Below, in pieces: positions 19,563-30,836 of a stretch of DNA of 64,000 bases. The notes beneath the pieces are model-generated. The model was not told where the DNA came from. It was given only the letters and a program-made list of their open reading frames with translations, and did no database searches. This DNA is from Candidatus Latescibacterota bacterium (lineage in GTDB: Bacteria; Latescibacterota; UBA2968): positions 3,136,001 to 3,200,000 of the forward strand of contig OZ240241.1 in NCBI GenBank assembly GCA_965198115.1, written 5' to 3'. The translations under genes were made by a program, and so were the position numbers. How positions within the stretch are numbered: the stretch's first letter is position 1; the number at the start of each line of letters is the position of its first letter.

Positions 19563-21227
19563 ATGAAGCTGACGGGTTCACATTTAATCGCTCGCGCCTT
19601 GAGGGCGGAAGGCGTGGAGAAGGTCTTTGCCCTGGCCGGCGACCACACCCTGCACCTGATGGATGTGATGGCGGATGAGGGATTCCAGTTCATTGACAGT
19701 CGACACGAGCAGGGCGCGGTGGACATGGGGACTGCCTGGGGAAAAATCACGGGCTCTCCCGGGGTCTGTATGTTCACTTCGCCGGGGCTCGCCAACGCCA
19801 TTCCCGGATTGGCCTTTGCCCAGCATATGGAATCACCCGTCGTGAACATTCTCGGCAGTGCGGCCCAGGACAGATTGGGCCAGGGTGTTTCCGCGCAGGA
19901 GCTCGACCAGATCGGCATGGCGAAACCCGTAACGAAAGGCGCGCGGTTTATATCGGACCCCTACCGCATCCCGGAGATCTTCGCACGGGCTTTCAGCACG
20001 GCTCTCGCGGGCAGACGGGGCCCCGTTCACTTGACGATCCCGGTTGACGTTCAGGCCGCTGAGTTGGAAGAGGCCAGAGTGCATTCTCCTTCACCTGGCT
20101 CTTACCACGGGGGTCAGGCGTTGGGCGATCCAAGGCTTGTCAGAGAGGCGCTCGAACTTCTCCACTCTGCGCGTTGTCCGATGATTGTGGCTGGGAACGG
20201 CGCTTACTCCGTGGATCGAGAAGATTTGGAGCGACTCCTGGACGTGACTCAACTGCCCCTATTCACGGAAGAAGCAGCCCGTGGCATCGTTCCCGATAAG
20301 CACCCGTGCTGTTTTGGAATCGCGGACGGACGGGTCAGCCTTGTCGCACGACATTTGAATGCAGCAGATGTGGTTCTATTTCTGGGCAAGAAACTCGACT
20401 TCACCCTGTCCTTTGGTGGACCTCCTTCCCTTGCCCCAGATGTGCGGATCATCCAGGTCGAGCCTTCGTCCGAGTGGATCGGCCTCTCACGCGGCGTGGA
20501 TGTCGCCATCGTGGGGGATGTCGGCGCGGTCGTGAAACAGATGGCCCAGGAGGCAGAGGCGATTCGATGGAGTGCACCACCCGTGCGTGAAGAGCTGGAG
20601 GCTCTGGCGAAAGCACAAGTGGAAAGCCTGGAAAGCAAGGCCGAAACGGTGCCTTTGCACGCGATGTCTGTCCACAAAGCCTTGTGCCCACTCCTGAACG
20701 ATGATGCGTGTGTCATTTTCGAAGGAAGCGACTTCTCCTTCTATGGAATACCCTACTACCCCAGCCATAAACCGAACCGTTGGCTTACGAACGGAACGCT
20801 GGGGATGATCGGATGGGGCGTTTCTTGTGGGGTTGGCGCCCAAGTCGCGCTGCCAAACTCGAAGGTCGTCGTTCTTACGGGTGATGGCGCTTTCGGATTC
20901 AACGGGATGGAACTCGACACGGCAGTGAGACACAATCTGCCCGTGGTGGTCGTGGTCGGGAATGACAGCGTCTGGGGGATCGACTATCACCAGCAGCAAC
21001 AGATCTTCGGGAAGACGATTGCGACCGAACTGCTGCCCACACGGTATGACAAGTTGGCCGAAGCGTTGGGCGCACACGGAGAATATGTGGAGGAGGCAGG
21101 AGAATTGCCCGGCGCACTGGAACGCGCCTTGAATTCGGGCAGGCCGTCGCTGGTAAACGTCCGGATTCAGCCCTCTCCAAGTCCCCTGACGGAATACGTC
21201 ATCGAGCAGAAGAGTGCTTTCGATTAG
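19563..21227 (+). CDS. Thiamine pyrophosphate-dependent enzyme (acetolactate synthase / 2-hydroxyacyl-CoA lyase-like)
   Basis: RHEQGA, SPGLAN, GPVHLTIPVD, GDGAFGFNGMELDT..GND. Confidence 0.9.
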   Translation: MKLTGSHLIARALRAEGVEKVFALAGDHTLHLMDVMADEGFQFIDSRHEQGAVDMGTAWGKITGSPGVCMFTSPGLANAIPGLAFAQHMESPVVNILGSAAQDRLGQGVSAQELDQIGMAKPVTKGARFISDPYRIPEIFARAFSTALAGRRGPVHLTIPVDVQAAELEEARVHSPSPGSYHGGQALGDPRLVREALELLHSARCPMIVAGNGAYSVDREDLERLLDVTQLPLFTEEAARGIVPDKHPCCFGIADGRVSLVARHLNAADVVLFLGKKLDFTLSFGGPPSLAPDVRIIQVEPSSEWIGLSRGVDVAIVGDVGAVVKQMAQEAEAIRWSAPPVREELEALAKAQVESLESKAETVPLHAMSVHKALCPLLNDDACVIFEGSDFSFYGIPYYPSHKPNRWLTNGTLGMIGWGVSCGVGAQVALPNSKVVVLTGDGAFGFNGMELDTAVRHNLPVVVVVGNDSVWGIDYHQQQQIFGKTIATELLPTRYDKLAEALGAHGEYVEEAGELPGALERALNSGRPSLVNVRIQPSPSPLTEYVIEQKSAFD

Positions 21228-21334
21228 GGAAGACGGATCCTAGTCACGAATTAGTCAGGAGCCTAACAAGATTCGAGAAAAGCTGGGTGATCATTCCGAC
21301 CCACCTTCGCACGGTTCAGCGCTTTTTCGACATT

Positions 21335-24206
21335 TCAGTTGTTTTCACGAGTCGAACCTCGGACTCGCCAGCTCAAAGCGGCAACTTGCCCCTGTCGTGC
21401 GTAGTCCACGGCCTCACCCAGAATCCTCGCCGCTTCCTGCGGTGCGTGAAACCCCATCGAATTTTCAGCAGCGATGAAGTCCAGACGCCACTGAGCCTTA
21501 CGTTGAAGGTCCAGGGCTCTCTGCAGGTCCCGATCTACCGCTCCTTCATCCCTTGCGTGATTGATCGCGTCGAGCTGATCCATCAACGCTGCTCCAGCTC
21601 GCTGCAGAAGATCGAAATTTCGTTGCTGAATGCCGTCGACCCGTTTAAGGATTTCTTCTTCAGGAAAATGGTGGCAGACCTGACAAGCACGATTCACGTT
21701 CAGCAACGGACTTCTTACCCAATGATCCGACACCTTCGTCGCACCGTCACGCATATACGGCATGTGACAGTCGGCACACGCCACGCCGCTTCGTGCGTGG
21801 ATTCCCTGACTCCATAGCTCGAATTCCGGATGTTGCGCCTTAAGGATCTTGGCTCCCGTTTCCCCGTGCGTATAGTCGAAAAATCGGGTCCCGTCAGGAA
21901 ACTTCGTCTCGTCCCAAAACTTCTCCGCATCCTCCATCTTCAGCCCGTTTCCCCAGGGAAACGTCAGCGGCATGTTCGATGCGCAATAATACGGCTCTAT
22001 CCGGGTTTCTCAACGGTGAAACTATAGAATGACAAGGTCATAGATCGTTCCCTACGCTTGGTTGTGTGTGTAGGACAATCAAAGCGAAGGGGGTGCGACC
22101 TATGACCGGGAGCAGATTACTATCGAAACTGCTGAGATTCAAGGGGTTCCGTGTTGTCAGCTGGTGGTTTGAGGGGAGAAGCTGTTTCGTCATCGCCGTA
22201 AAGCCACATAAGAATGGTTGTTGTTGTCCGGAGTACGGCCGTCGAGGTAAAATCGTCCGCACAATGCCCCATCCGCGTCGGTGGCGTGACATTCCGGTGT
22301 GCGGGTGGAGGGTCTGGCTTCTCTACCATCCTCGGGAGATTCGGTGTCCTACCCACGGTCGTGTGGTCGAGGAGATTCCGTGGGCGGAGCGGTTCTCTCG
22401 GGTGACGTATCGCTTCGAGTATGCCATGCTGCGCTACTGCCAGACCATGACGCAGAAGGCGGCGTCCGAGTTACTGCGCATCTCTGCCTCGACGCTGTCG
22501 GATCTCCTTCACCGATCCATCACGCGGCTTCGTGAAGGTCATCGTATCCGAGGGCTCAAAACCATCGGGATCGACGAGATCTCCTACGCCAAGCGTCACA
22601 GGTACGCCACGCTCGTTTACGATCTGGACCGCTCCTGCGTGGGTGTGGGTTGGCCGCGGCAGGGCGCGTAAAACGATCGATCGGTTCTTCACAGAGGCTC
22701 TCAGTCCCTACCAGAGATCCAAGATCGAGTGGGCCTGCTGCGACATGAGCGAAGCTTACATCGGAGCCATCCAGGAACACTGTCCGAATGCCAAGCTGGT
22801 CCTCGATCGCTTTCACATCGTCAAGGCTCTCAATGCCGCCGTTGACGAGGTCCGTAAGGACCAGTGGCGTAAAGCTGCCCCGGATGAGCGCAAAGCCATG
22901 AAGGGCCTCCGATGGCTCCTCTACCGGCACTCAGCGACACGCTCCAGAGGGGATACTCGGACACTCAAAGCACTGGAGAAGGCGAACTACCGAATCTATA
23001 GAGCCTGGAGACTCAAGGACGAGTTCGAGCAGTTCTGGGAATACAAAGCGCCCTGGGCTGCCGAACGCTTCCTGAAATGCTGGACGACGTCCGCACTCAG
23101 AAGTCGACTTGAACCCCTGCGAAAGTTCGTCAGGACCCTGCGACAGCACTTCTTCGGCGTCCTCGCATTCGTGAACACGCGTCTTACCAACGCCATCGCC
23201 GAAGGCCTCAACCGAATCGTCCAAATCGTCAAGAACCGAGCCAGCGGATTCCGCACACTCGACGCATTCAACGATATGATCTTCCTTACCGTCGGAGACA
23301 TAAACATCCCTGAGCAGATTCCGAAGAGGTTCCGCACACTCTAACCGCGCCCCCATGCCAGGAACCACGGCACCTTCACCCACTTCATCTCGTTGAGAGA
23401 TCCGGATATAGCCAATAATACTCGACGTGACATTGCCCGCAGACGTACGACCTCATCTCCGTGCGGGAAGCATCCGCGTTCGGATCGTAGGGCCGTGGTG
23501 GCTTGTCTTGCCTCCATCGCTCGATCGAGGGCAAGTGCGGAACCGGCTCGTCAGAACTTGCGAGCATCTGGATGCCATTGATGAAACCAGGACGCGTAAC
23601 ACGAAGCTTCATGTTTTCAGGCTCGTGGCAGTCTACACACGAGACCGGATGACCGTGTCCCATTTCGTGTAGCATCCCGCTGAGCTCCTTATAGGAGTAC
23701 GCGTACGTCTTCTCGAACCCCTTCATCGCATTCCCATCGCCCAGCTTTCTGTAGAGGGGCATGATCGCCGCATGACAGTGCAAACACGATCCTGATTGCG
23801 GTTTCGACTGCCTTTCTGTGTTCTCCTGATCCCGCAACATGTAAGCGTGACCCCGTCTATCGCGATAGTCGACCGAAAACGCGTATCCCAAGAACATCCG
23901 TTTCAACCAGGGATCCCTCTCGATTTTCTGCTCCGGGAGGGCCTCGCTGCCACCGTGTCCGCCGAACCGAGTACGCGTCGCCTCGGCAGTGCGTCTGTAA
24001 GTGTCATACTGTCGAGGCCAGTTCGCTGCCCACTTCTCCAGATCCGTATCGTCCTCTCCGACCTCGACAAGCCTGGTATAACGATTCCTGGCTTCGTCCT
24101 TTCGCTCGACGATGTTGGTCAGGAGCGCCAGGACGAGTCCAGTGGCCGCTGCAACCACGACAATCAGAAGCCAAAATACAGGTTTGAATCGATTTACCCT
24201 TGGCAT
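21335..24206 (-). pseudogene. nrfA: Cytochrome c nitrite reductase NrfA (CXXCH heme-1 variant) interrupted by ISL3
   Basis: Five heme motifs CLHCH, CVDCH, CGQCH, CADCH, CQVCH; [23 protein letters not shown]; rejoined reads [17 protein letters not shown]. Confidence 0.92.
21993..23413 (+). mobile_element. ISL3-family IS, copy 3 (1421 bp); transposase 22102-23344 has a +1 frameshift near 22640
   Basis: Same IRs; TSD AATAATAC at 21985-21992 and 23414-23421. Confidence 0.95.
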
Positions 24207-24209
24207 CCA

Positions 24210-24716
24210 TCATCTCCTTGTGGCATCCGCAACACCCATGGCGCCACCTAACCCGACTGCATCACCGTGTCCGACGGTTGCGTGGCAACGAAGGCATCGG
24301 AATTCGCGTTTCCGTGGAGTAATCTCGTGAACAAGATCCCCGTGGCACACGAGGCAGTTCTCCAGCAGGACCACACGATTCTTCCGGTTGATGACGATTG
24401 GTTCAGCAAAGTCCTGCAGCGTAAATCCTTTTGAATGATTGTAGCCGTTTTCTGCTTTCGCAATGTACTTGGCCAGGAAATCCTGTGGCAGGTGGCAATC
24501 CACGCAGGTCGCAACAGTGTGGTGACTGGCTTTCTGCCACGATTCGAACTGTGGCTCCATGATGTGACAGTTCGTGCACGCCCGCGGGTTCTTGCTGAAG
24601 TAGGAGGCGCCTTCTCCGTAGTACATCGTGAAAATCCCGGCGCCGGAGAGAACACCAACAGATATTGCAAGGATCGTTACGGAGGAATTCAGACCCATGG
24701 ACATCAGGCGCCCCAT
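24210..24716 (-). CDS. nrfH: Cytochrome c nitrite reductase small subunit NrfH
   Basis: N-terminal TM; CTNCHIM, CVDCHLP, CLVCH, CLRCH; directly upstream of nrfA. Confidence 0.93.
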   Translation of the reverse strand: MGRLMSMGLNSSVTILAISVGVLSGAGIFTMYYGEGASYFSKNPRACTNCHIMEPQFESWQKASHHTVATCVDCHLPQDFLAKYIAKAENGYNHSKGFTLQDFAEPIVINRKNRVVLLENCLVCHGDLVHEITPRKREFRCLRCHATVGHGDAVGLGGAMGVADATRR

Positions 24717-24794
24717 CAGAGGTTGAGTCGAGCAAGAAGACGAACGCGGCCGTGCAATCCCGAGGGGAATCCGATGTCGCGGATTCCTGAACTA

Positions 24795-25916
24795 TCAATC
24801 GATGATGAAGAGCTGTTCTGTATCCATCACCGTCGTCAGGATTCTGGGTTCACCCTCGGTGACCACGAAAAGATCTTCCAGGTGGTAGAGAAAACCTCGC
24901 GAGTCCTTAACTGCCGGCTCCACACACAACACCATACCCGGCTGCAGTTCCGATTCCTCGTTGGCGTGAAGAACGGGAAACTCGTGCATGCCGATGCCGA
25001 GCGAATGGCCGACGGCCTGGCTCGTGATCGACAGTCCCTTTTCTGCAAGCGCGCGTTTACACGTCAGGTAAACGTCACAGGCCCTGGTTCCCGGACGCGC
25101 CGTCGCGATCGTTTCGCGCTGCGCTTCCCGCAGACGCCGGTAGACGGATGCCTGCTCATCGTCGATTCCACCGATCGCCGCTGTCCGAGCCAGGTCGGAC
25201 TGGTAGCCCTCGAAGACACCGCCCACATCGACCCTCAGGATTTCCCCTTTTGTCAATGGTTTGGAACTGGGAAAGGGATGGTTGATGGCCGTGTTCTCCC
25301 CGACGGCCAGGGTGATCCAGAACGAAGTCGACCCTGCTTCTACGACCCTCCTGGACATGTCGTCGGCGACTTTCTTCTCCGTGTCTTCCGGCCGGGCCGC
25401 CTCGAAGGCATTCATCAGGGCTGTTTCTGTCGCCTGAGCGGATGAGGTCAGGATCTCGACTTCATCTGGCGTCTTGATCGCCCGGGCGGCATCAAACACG
25501 CGGTCTCCTCCGACCAGCGTTGCTTCGGGCATGGCTTCGGCCAACGCCTCCACGTAGCGAGCGGCCAGGAAGCTCTTCTCGATTCCAATTCGCGCCCCAC
25601 CGAGTCCTCGTTGTCTCAGGTGTTCGGCCAGGGCACCCATCGGAGTTTCCTGAAACTCCAGATACGTGTCGATATCGGTAATCCAGGAATCCTCACGCGT
25701 CTGAAGCTCCTCGCAGTAACAGACCACGGCCGATGGCTCCCCATCCAGAGGCACCACAGCCATACACAGCCTCCCCGGCAGAATCGTCTGCGAAAGCAGG
25801 AACGTCTGCATCACGTAGGTGAAGTTCTCCTGCGATACCCCGATCAGAACGTCAATCCCTTCCGCTTCCATCTCCCGCTTCAGAAGCGGCATGTTGACCC
25901 GCAAATGAGTTTCCAT
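24795..25916 (-). CDS. M24 family Xaa-Pro peptidase / creatinase-like protein
   Basis: RAIKTPDE; ligands D..GYQSD, GHSLGIGMHE, VEP, LED. Confidence 0.88.
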   Translation of the reverse strand: METHLRVNMPLLKREMEAEGIDVLIGVSQENFTYVMQTFLLSQTILPGRLCMAVVPLDGEPSAVVCYCEELQTREDSWITDIDTYLEFQETPMGALAEHLRQRGLGGARIGIEKSFLAARYVEALAEAMPEATLVGGDRVFDAARAIKTPDEVEILTSSAQATETALMNAFEAARPEDTEKKVADDMSRRVVEAGSTSFWITLAVGENTAINHPFPSSKPLTKGEILRVDVGGVFEGYQSDLARTAAIGGIDDEQASVYRRLREAQRETIATARPGTRACDVYLTCKRALAEKGLSITSQAVGHSLGIGMHEFPVLHANEESELQPGMVLCVEPAVKDSRGFLYHLEDLFVVTEGEPRILTTVMDTEQLFIID

Positions 25917-26072
25917 CGGTCTATCCTCTTCGGAGGGCGATCGAAAAACGTGTTCCGCGTTCAACACAGTATCTGCACCTTGTGGCCTGAACTCAAGGAC
26001 GGAGCTGAGCCCGAGAGGCGCTCCAGCCGGGTCTGTATTCCATTGAATCGGCCGATTCCGGAGGAAGGAAGG

Positions 26073-27512
26073 ATGAGCGATCTAACGCTGACCGCCGGTG
26101 TGGATCGGATCGACATTACGCCGCCCGTCGGCTTCAGAATGCAAGGCGCGATGCGGCGAACCGAGGGTTCCGTCGGAATCGAGTCGCCCCTACTGGCCAC
26201 GGTTCTGGTTCTGGCTGATGAACCCAAAGTCGTCATCGTGGACTGCGATCTGATCGGGTTCGATCTCCCCCTCGCCGAGCGTATTCGGCAAACGATCGGT
26301 GATCGTGTCGGAACGCCACGGAGCCACGTGACCGTCGGCTGCACACACACGCACAACGGTCCGTGTACAGCTAGAAGCGCGCTTGGCGGGGTCCACGATG
26401 TGGGTGGCGAACCGGCCGAACGAGAGGCGTTGGATGCCTACATCGAAAACCTGGTGGGTCAGCTGGCCGGCGTCGCCGAGCTGGCTGGCAAAAATCGACG
26501 ACCCGCCCGAGCTGCCGGGGGGCGTGGACAGGCACCCGTAGCGATCAATCGCGAGGAACTCAACGACGATGGACGCATCCTGGTCGGGCGCAATCCGGAG
26601 GGAACGACCGATCACAACGTGGACGTGCTTCGTGTGGACGATCTGGAGGGCCACCCGATTGCTGTGCTGACGAGTTATGCGGCCCATCCGGTGGTGATGG
26701 GCTACCACACCTATCTGCTCAGCTCAGACTACCCCGGCGTGGTCCGTCGGATCGTTGAACAGGTCACTGGAGCAACCTGCCTGTTCTTAACGGGTGCAGC
26801 TGGTAACCAGGCGAGTCTTTCGTTCCTTCAAAGCGATTGGGGCGAACAGGAGCGCATGGGCGGCCTGATCGGCTCAGAGGCAGCCAAGGTTTTCTTCGAT
26901 ATCGAGACGCGTCCCCACGAAGTGGCGCGAGAGGTCGACGTTTCCCTCTCAAACATCGCGCTCTACCACAAAGCATTCCACGACGGCCCGACCCATCGTC
27001 TCCTGAAAGTCGCCCACCGAGAGGTGTCGGTGCCCCTCCAGCCCCTGCCGTCGATAGAGGAGGCCGAAAAAGCTCTCGCCGAGGCCAGCGCCCACCGGCA
27101 GACACTCGAGGATCAAGGCGCACCGACCACGAAGACCTACCCTGCCCGTCTGGTCGAGCGATGGGCTGAGGGTGTGGCCGAAAAGGTTCGGTCGGGTATG
27201 ACGCAGGAAAGCTTGTCGTTCGAGATCGTTGGATACCGGCTGGACGAGTTCGTGCTGGTGGCCATGCCGGGCGAGCCATTCGTCGAAATCGGCCTGGGCG
27301 TCAAGCAGCGGTCGAAGGCCAAACACACGATGTTCGCCGGCTACGGCAACGGTGTCCTGGCGTATTGGCCGACGGCCGAAACGGTCGAGCAGGGAGGCAT
27401 GGCGGTGGAGGCGTCGATCAAATCCTACAACATCTCCGCGCCGCCCGAGGCCGCAACGGTCGCCCGCATCGTTGACGCCTTCGGCGAACTCTTGAGCGAT
27501 CTCGATTTGTAG
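26073..27512 (+). CDS. Neutral/alkaline ceramidase-like hydrolase
   Basis: DITPPVG, CTHTHNGP, YAAHP, SSDYPG, GAAGN, MPGEPF. Confidence 0.82.
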   Translation: MSDLTLTAGVDRIDITPPVGFRMQGAMRRTEGSVGIESPLLATVLVLADEPKVVIVDCDLIGFDLPLAERIRQTIGDRVGTPRSHVTVGCTHTHNGPCTARSALGGVHDVGGEPAEREALDAYIENLVGQLAGVAELAGKNRRPARAAGGRGQAPVAINREELNDDGRILVGRNPEGTTDHNVDVLRVDDLEGHPIAVLTSYAAHPVVMGYHTYLLSSDYPGVVRRIVEQVTGATCLFLTGAAGNQASLSFLQSDWGEQERMGGLIGSEAAKVFFDIETRPHEVAREVDVSLSNIALYHKAFHDGPTHRLLKVAHREVSVPLQPLPSIEEAEKALAEASAHRQTLEDQGAPTTKTYPARLVERWAEGVAEKVRSGMTQESLSFEIVGYRLDEFVLVAMPGEPFVEIGLGVKQRSKAKHTMFAGYGNGVLAYWPTAETVEQGGMAVEASIKSYNISAPPEAATVARIVDAFGELLSDLDL

Positions 27513-27587
27513 CGTCGTTTTGTTGATCATCAGCCGGTATCGCCTTCGGTGCTTCAAACCCGAGCATTCTTTCGATAGAAGTGAGCT

Positions 27588-28715
27588 ATGAAGATCAAAA
27601 GCGTTCAGGCCTATCCATTGGAATACCCGGAGCCCCATTACAAGGGGATGATCCGATACATCACGCTTGCCCGGGTTGAAGCGGAAGACGGGACCGTCGG
27701 CTGGGGAGAGTGCATCTCACAATTCGCCGAGTCCTCGTTGGCCACGAAGATGATCATCGAGCAGGGATACGCGCCCCTGCTGGTCGGCCAGAACGCACTC
27801 GACGTTGAAAGCATGTGGCACAAGATGCTCGAACGGATCTGGTGGTACGGGCCTGAAGGGATTGCCGCCTTCGGCGTCAGCGCCGTAGACGTGGCCCTGT
27901 GGGATCTCAAGGGCAAGCTGCTCGGATTGCCGGTCGCGAACCTACTCGGCGGTCGGCTTCACGACCGGGTCGTTGCCATGGCCTCGATCATATTCGACAT
28001 GGAGAATTTCGACTGGACCCTCGACGAATTCCGCTGGATGGTTGACAACGGCTACACAGTCGTCAAAGCGGGATGGGGCATGCGCCCCGAAGTGGTCTTC
28101 GGAATGAACCGCCAGCAGGATATCGAAATCGTTCGACGCGTTCGGGAAGTGATCGGAGACGACCTCGACCTGATCGTCGATACACCCGGAGTCTGGAACA
28201 TCTGGGACGTTCCGACGGCAATTCAACGTTTTCGGGATCTCGAACCCTACAATCTCAGGTGGATCGAACAGCCTCTGCTGCCGAGCGATCTGGAAGGGCA
28301 CGCGCGCTTGCGGGCTGCTGTGGCGACGGCCATCGGGACGGGCGAGGACGAATGGAACGTCGAAAGCTACAAACGTCTCATTCAGTCTGGAGGAGTGGAC
28401 GTGATTCAGATGGATCCCGGTCGCTGTCACGGTATTACGGGGTGTCGGCACGTGATCAAACTGATCGAAGCAGAGAACCTGCAATGGAGCGCCCATACCT
28501 GGTCGAGCGCCATCAACACGGCCGCCAGTGTTCATCTGATGGCCAATTCGACACACGGCGCCGCCATGGATTTCAAACCGCACGAATCACCAATGCAGCA
28601 CGAACTGGTCAGCGACCCGTGGGTACAAGAAGACGGATACCTGGAAGTGCGTGACGCCCCTGGACTCGGGGTGAATGTCCGAGAAGACATCGTTGAGAAA
28701 TATCTGTATTCGTAG
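27588..28715 (+). CDS. Mandelate racemase / muconate lactonizing enzyme family protein
   Basis: SAVDVALWDLKGK, WIEQP, TGED, APGLGV. Confidence 0.9.
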   Translation: MKIKSVQAYPLEYPEPHYKGMIRYITLARVEAEDGTVGWGECISQFAESSLATKMIIEQGYAPLLVGQNALDVESMWHKMLERIWWYGPEGIAAFGVSAVDVALWDLKGKLLGLPVANLLGGRLHDRVVAMASIIFDMENFDWTLDEFRWMVDNGYTVVKAGWGMRPEVVFGMNRQQDIEIVRRVREVIGDDLDLIVDTPGVWNIWDVPTAIQRFRDLEPYNLRWIEQPLLPSDLEGHARLRAAVATAIGTGEDEWNVESYKRLIQSGGVDVIQMDPGRCHGITGCRHVIKLIEAENLQWSAHTWSSAINTAASVHLMANSTHGAAMDFKPHESPMQHELVSDPWVQEDGYLEVRDAPGLGVNVREDIVEKYLYS

Positions 28716-28733
28716 GAGGAATAGGAGCTGAGT

Positions 28734-29540
28734 ATGGGATCTCAATCAGCACGCAAGGCGCTCATCACCGGTGGAGCCAGCGGCTTTGGTCTGGCCACGG
28801 CGAGGGCGCTGCTGGAACAGGGCAACCAGGTGGCCATCGGTGATGTCGACACCCATCAGCTGGATAAAGCAGCCGCGGACCTGAACGACGAGAGACTTCT
28901 CGCATTGGAGCTCGACGTGACGTCCAAACCGTCAGCGGAAGCAACCGTCGCCGCGTGCGTCGATGCCTTCGGTGGTCTGGACACGTTGGTCAATTCGGCG
29001 GGCGTGCTCGATTTCGCGCTTCTGGACGACATCCAGGAGGAGAATTGGGACAGGGTCATCGACGTGGATCTGAAGGGGGTCTTCCTGTGCTGCCAGGCAG
29101 CTGCGCCGCACCTGCGGGACAGCGGCCGCAAGGGCCGAATCGTCAACATCGGATCCGACGCCTCCAAAATCGGTTGGCCGACGATTGCTTCGTACGTGGC
29201 AGCCAAGTTCGGCGTCGTCGGCCTGACCAAATCGTTCGCCGGCGAGTTCGCCCCTTCTGGTGCGACTGTCAACTGCGTTTGTCCGGCCGGCGTTTCAAAT
29301 ACCGGAATGGGCCGCTTCGTACTCGACTACAAGGAAGAACTGACGGGACAGGGGTCCGAAGAGATCCTGGCGGCGACGGCCGCGGAGATCCCGCTTGGGA
29401 GAAACCCGACAGTGGACGATGTGGTCAACGCGATCCTATTTTTTCTTGCGGACACGTCTGATTTCCTCACGGGCGTGGCATTGGACGTCGAAGGCGGCCT
29501 GACCAGCACGAGGGCCGGCATTCCCGGGGAACGAGATTGA
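28734..29540 (+). CDS. SDR family oxidoreductase
   Basis: TGGASGFG, NSAG, YVAAK. Confidence 0.92.
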   Translation: MGSQSARKALITGGASGFGLATARALLEQGNQVAIGDVDTHQLDKAAADLNDERLLALELDVTSKPSAEATVAACVDAFGGLDTLVNSAGVLDFALLDDIQEENWDRVIDVDLKGVFLCCQAAAPHLRDSGRKGRIVNIGSDASKIGWPTIASYVAAKFGVVGLTKSFAGEFAPSGATVNCVCPAGVSNTGMGRFVLDYKEELTGQGSEEILAATAAEIPLGRNPTVDDVVNAILFFLADTSDFLTGVALDVEGGLTSTRAGIPGERD

Positions 29541-29619
29541 ACTGATCGAATATCGATCCGCCTTCGCTAAAGCTTCGGCGGACAGGAAATCGAGAGTTGA
29601 AGAATTGAGGGATATTGCG

Positions 29620-29952
29620 ATGGAACGAGTTGCGTTTGTGATGAAAGCCAAAGCTGGCCACGAGGAAGAGTATGTGCGGCGTCACAAAGAGGTCTGGCCC
29701 GAGGTGTTGTCGGACATGAAAAAGGCCGGCATCCACAAGATGAGCATCTTCATGCAGGGTCGTGAACTGCTTTTGTACATGGAAGTCGAGAATTACGCAG
29801 AGGCGGCGCGCGTGTTGGAGGACAGTCCTGAGTCCGCGCGCTGGGAAGAGTACATGGCTCCGATCATGGAGAATGCGGCAGGCGAGGCGTATGATCCGGA
29901 CAATGCCTATCCGGATGGATTGCCAGAAGTCTTCTACTGGGAAGCGAGTTGA
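29620..29952 (+). CDS. L-rhamnose mutarotase family protein
   Basis: EEYVRRHKEVWPEV, GIHKMSIF, LPEVFYWE. Confidence 0.88.
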   Translation: MERVAFVMKAKAGHEEEYVRRHKEVWPEVLSDMKKAGIHKMSIFMQGRELLLYMEVENYAEAARVLEDSPESARWEEYMAPIMENAAGEAYDPDNAYPDGLPEVFYWEAS

Positions 29953-29990
29953 TCTCGGCAGCAGGGGACGCGAACAGCGGAGGATGAGCA

Positions 29991-30827
29991 ATGGATGAAA
30001 GCAAACTGGCCGGAGCCGCGTGGTCATTCGTCGGCACGGACCTCGTCGAATCAGCCAACATCTGGCGTGCGCTGGGGATCGAGTCCATGGACTTGCTCGC
30101 GATTCCGGGCGCGCCGATCGACGCCGAAGAGATCGACCGAGATCCGCAGGGACAGGCGCGACGATTCAAGGACTCGGGCATGAACCTGAGCAACCTGCTC
30201 TACCTATTCGGCGCCGATTTCGCCGATCGTGCTATCAATTCGTCCGAAGCCTCGGTCCGGGCCAGGAACGTGGAATCCCTGAAGAACGTCCTGGACTGTT
30301 GCACGGCTGCCGACATCCCCTCGCTGCTGATTCTCCCTGGCGTTGACCAACCCGGAATGAGTCACGACGACGCCCTTACTCTATCGGCTGAGGTCATGAC
30401 GGAAATGACGGCTCTGGCCGAAGAGGCCGGCGTGCTTCTGATTTTCGAGCCCCACGTGGAGTCGATTCTGGAGAGTCCAACCGAGACGTTGGCGTTCATG
30501 AGGGCCCATCCTGATCTGAAGATCGCGTTGGACTACGCGCACTTCATCGCCCAGGGATATAAAACGTCTGATGTGGATCCTCTCGTGCCCTACACGGGCC
30601 ATTTCCACCTGCGTCAGGGTGCCAACAAGCAGCTACAGGCCCGATGGGAGGAAGGCGAGATCGATTTTGTGGATGTCGTGGGAAGGCTTCGGGAAGCCGG
30701 CTACGATGGGTATCTGACCCTGGAGTACGAACACGAGCCCGCGTGGATGGACATGGACAAAGTGGACGTAATGACCGAAACCATCAAGATGCGCGACACG
30801 GTCAAGCCCCTGTTGCGGGAGAAGTGA
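29991..30827 (+). CDS. Sugar phosphate isomerase/epimerase (xylose isomerase-like TIM barrel)
   Basis: FEPH, LDYAH, HFHLRQ, GYDGYLTLEYE. Confidence 0.85.
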   Translation: MDESKLAGAAWSFVGTDLVESANIWRALGIESMDLLAIPGAPIDAEEIDRDPQGQARRFKDSGMNLSNLLYLFGADFADRAINSSEASVRARNVESLKNVLDCCTAADIPSLLILPGVDQPGMSHDDALTLSAEVMTEMTALAEEAGVLLIFEPHVESILESPTETLAFMRAHPDLKIALDYAHFIAQGYKTSDVDPLVPYTGHFHLRQGANKQLQARWEEGEIDFVDVVGRLREAGYDGYLTLEYEHEPAWMDMDKVDVMTETIKMRDTVKPLLREK

Positions 30828-30836
30828 GGTCAAGTC

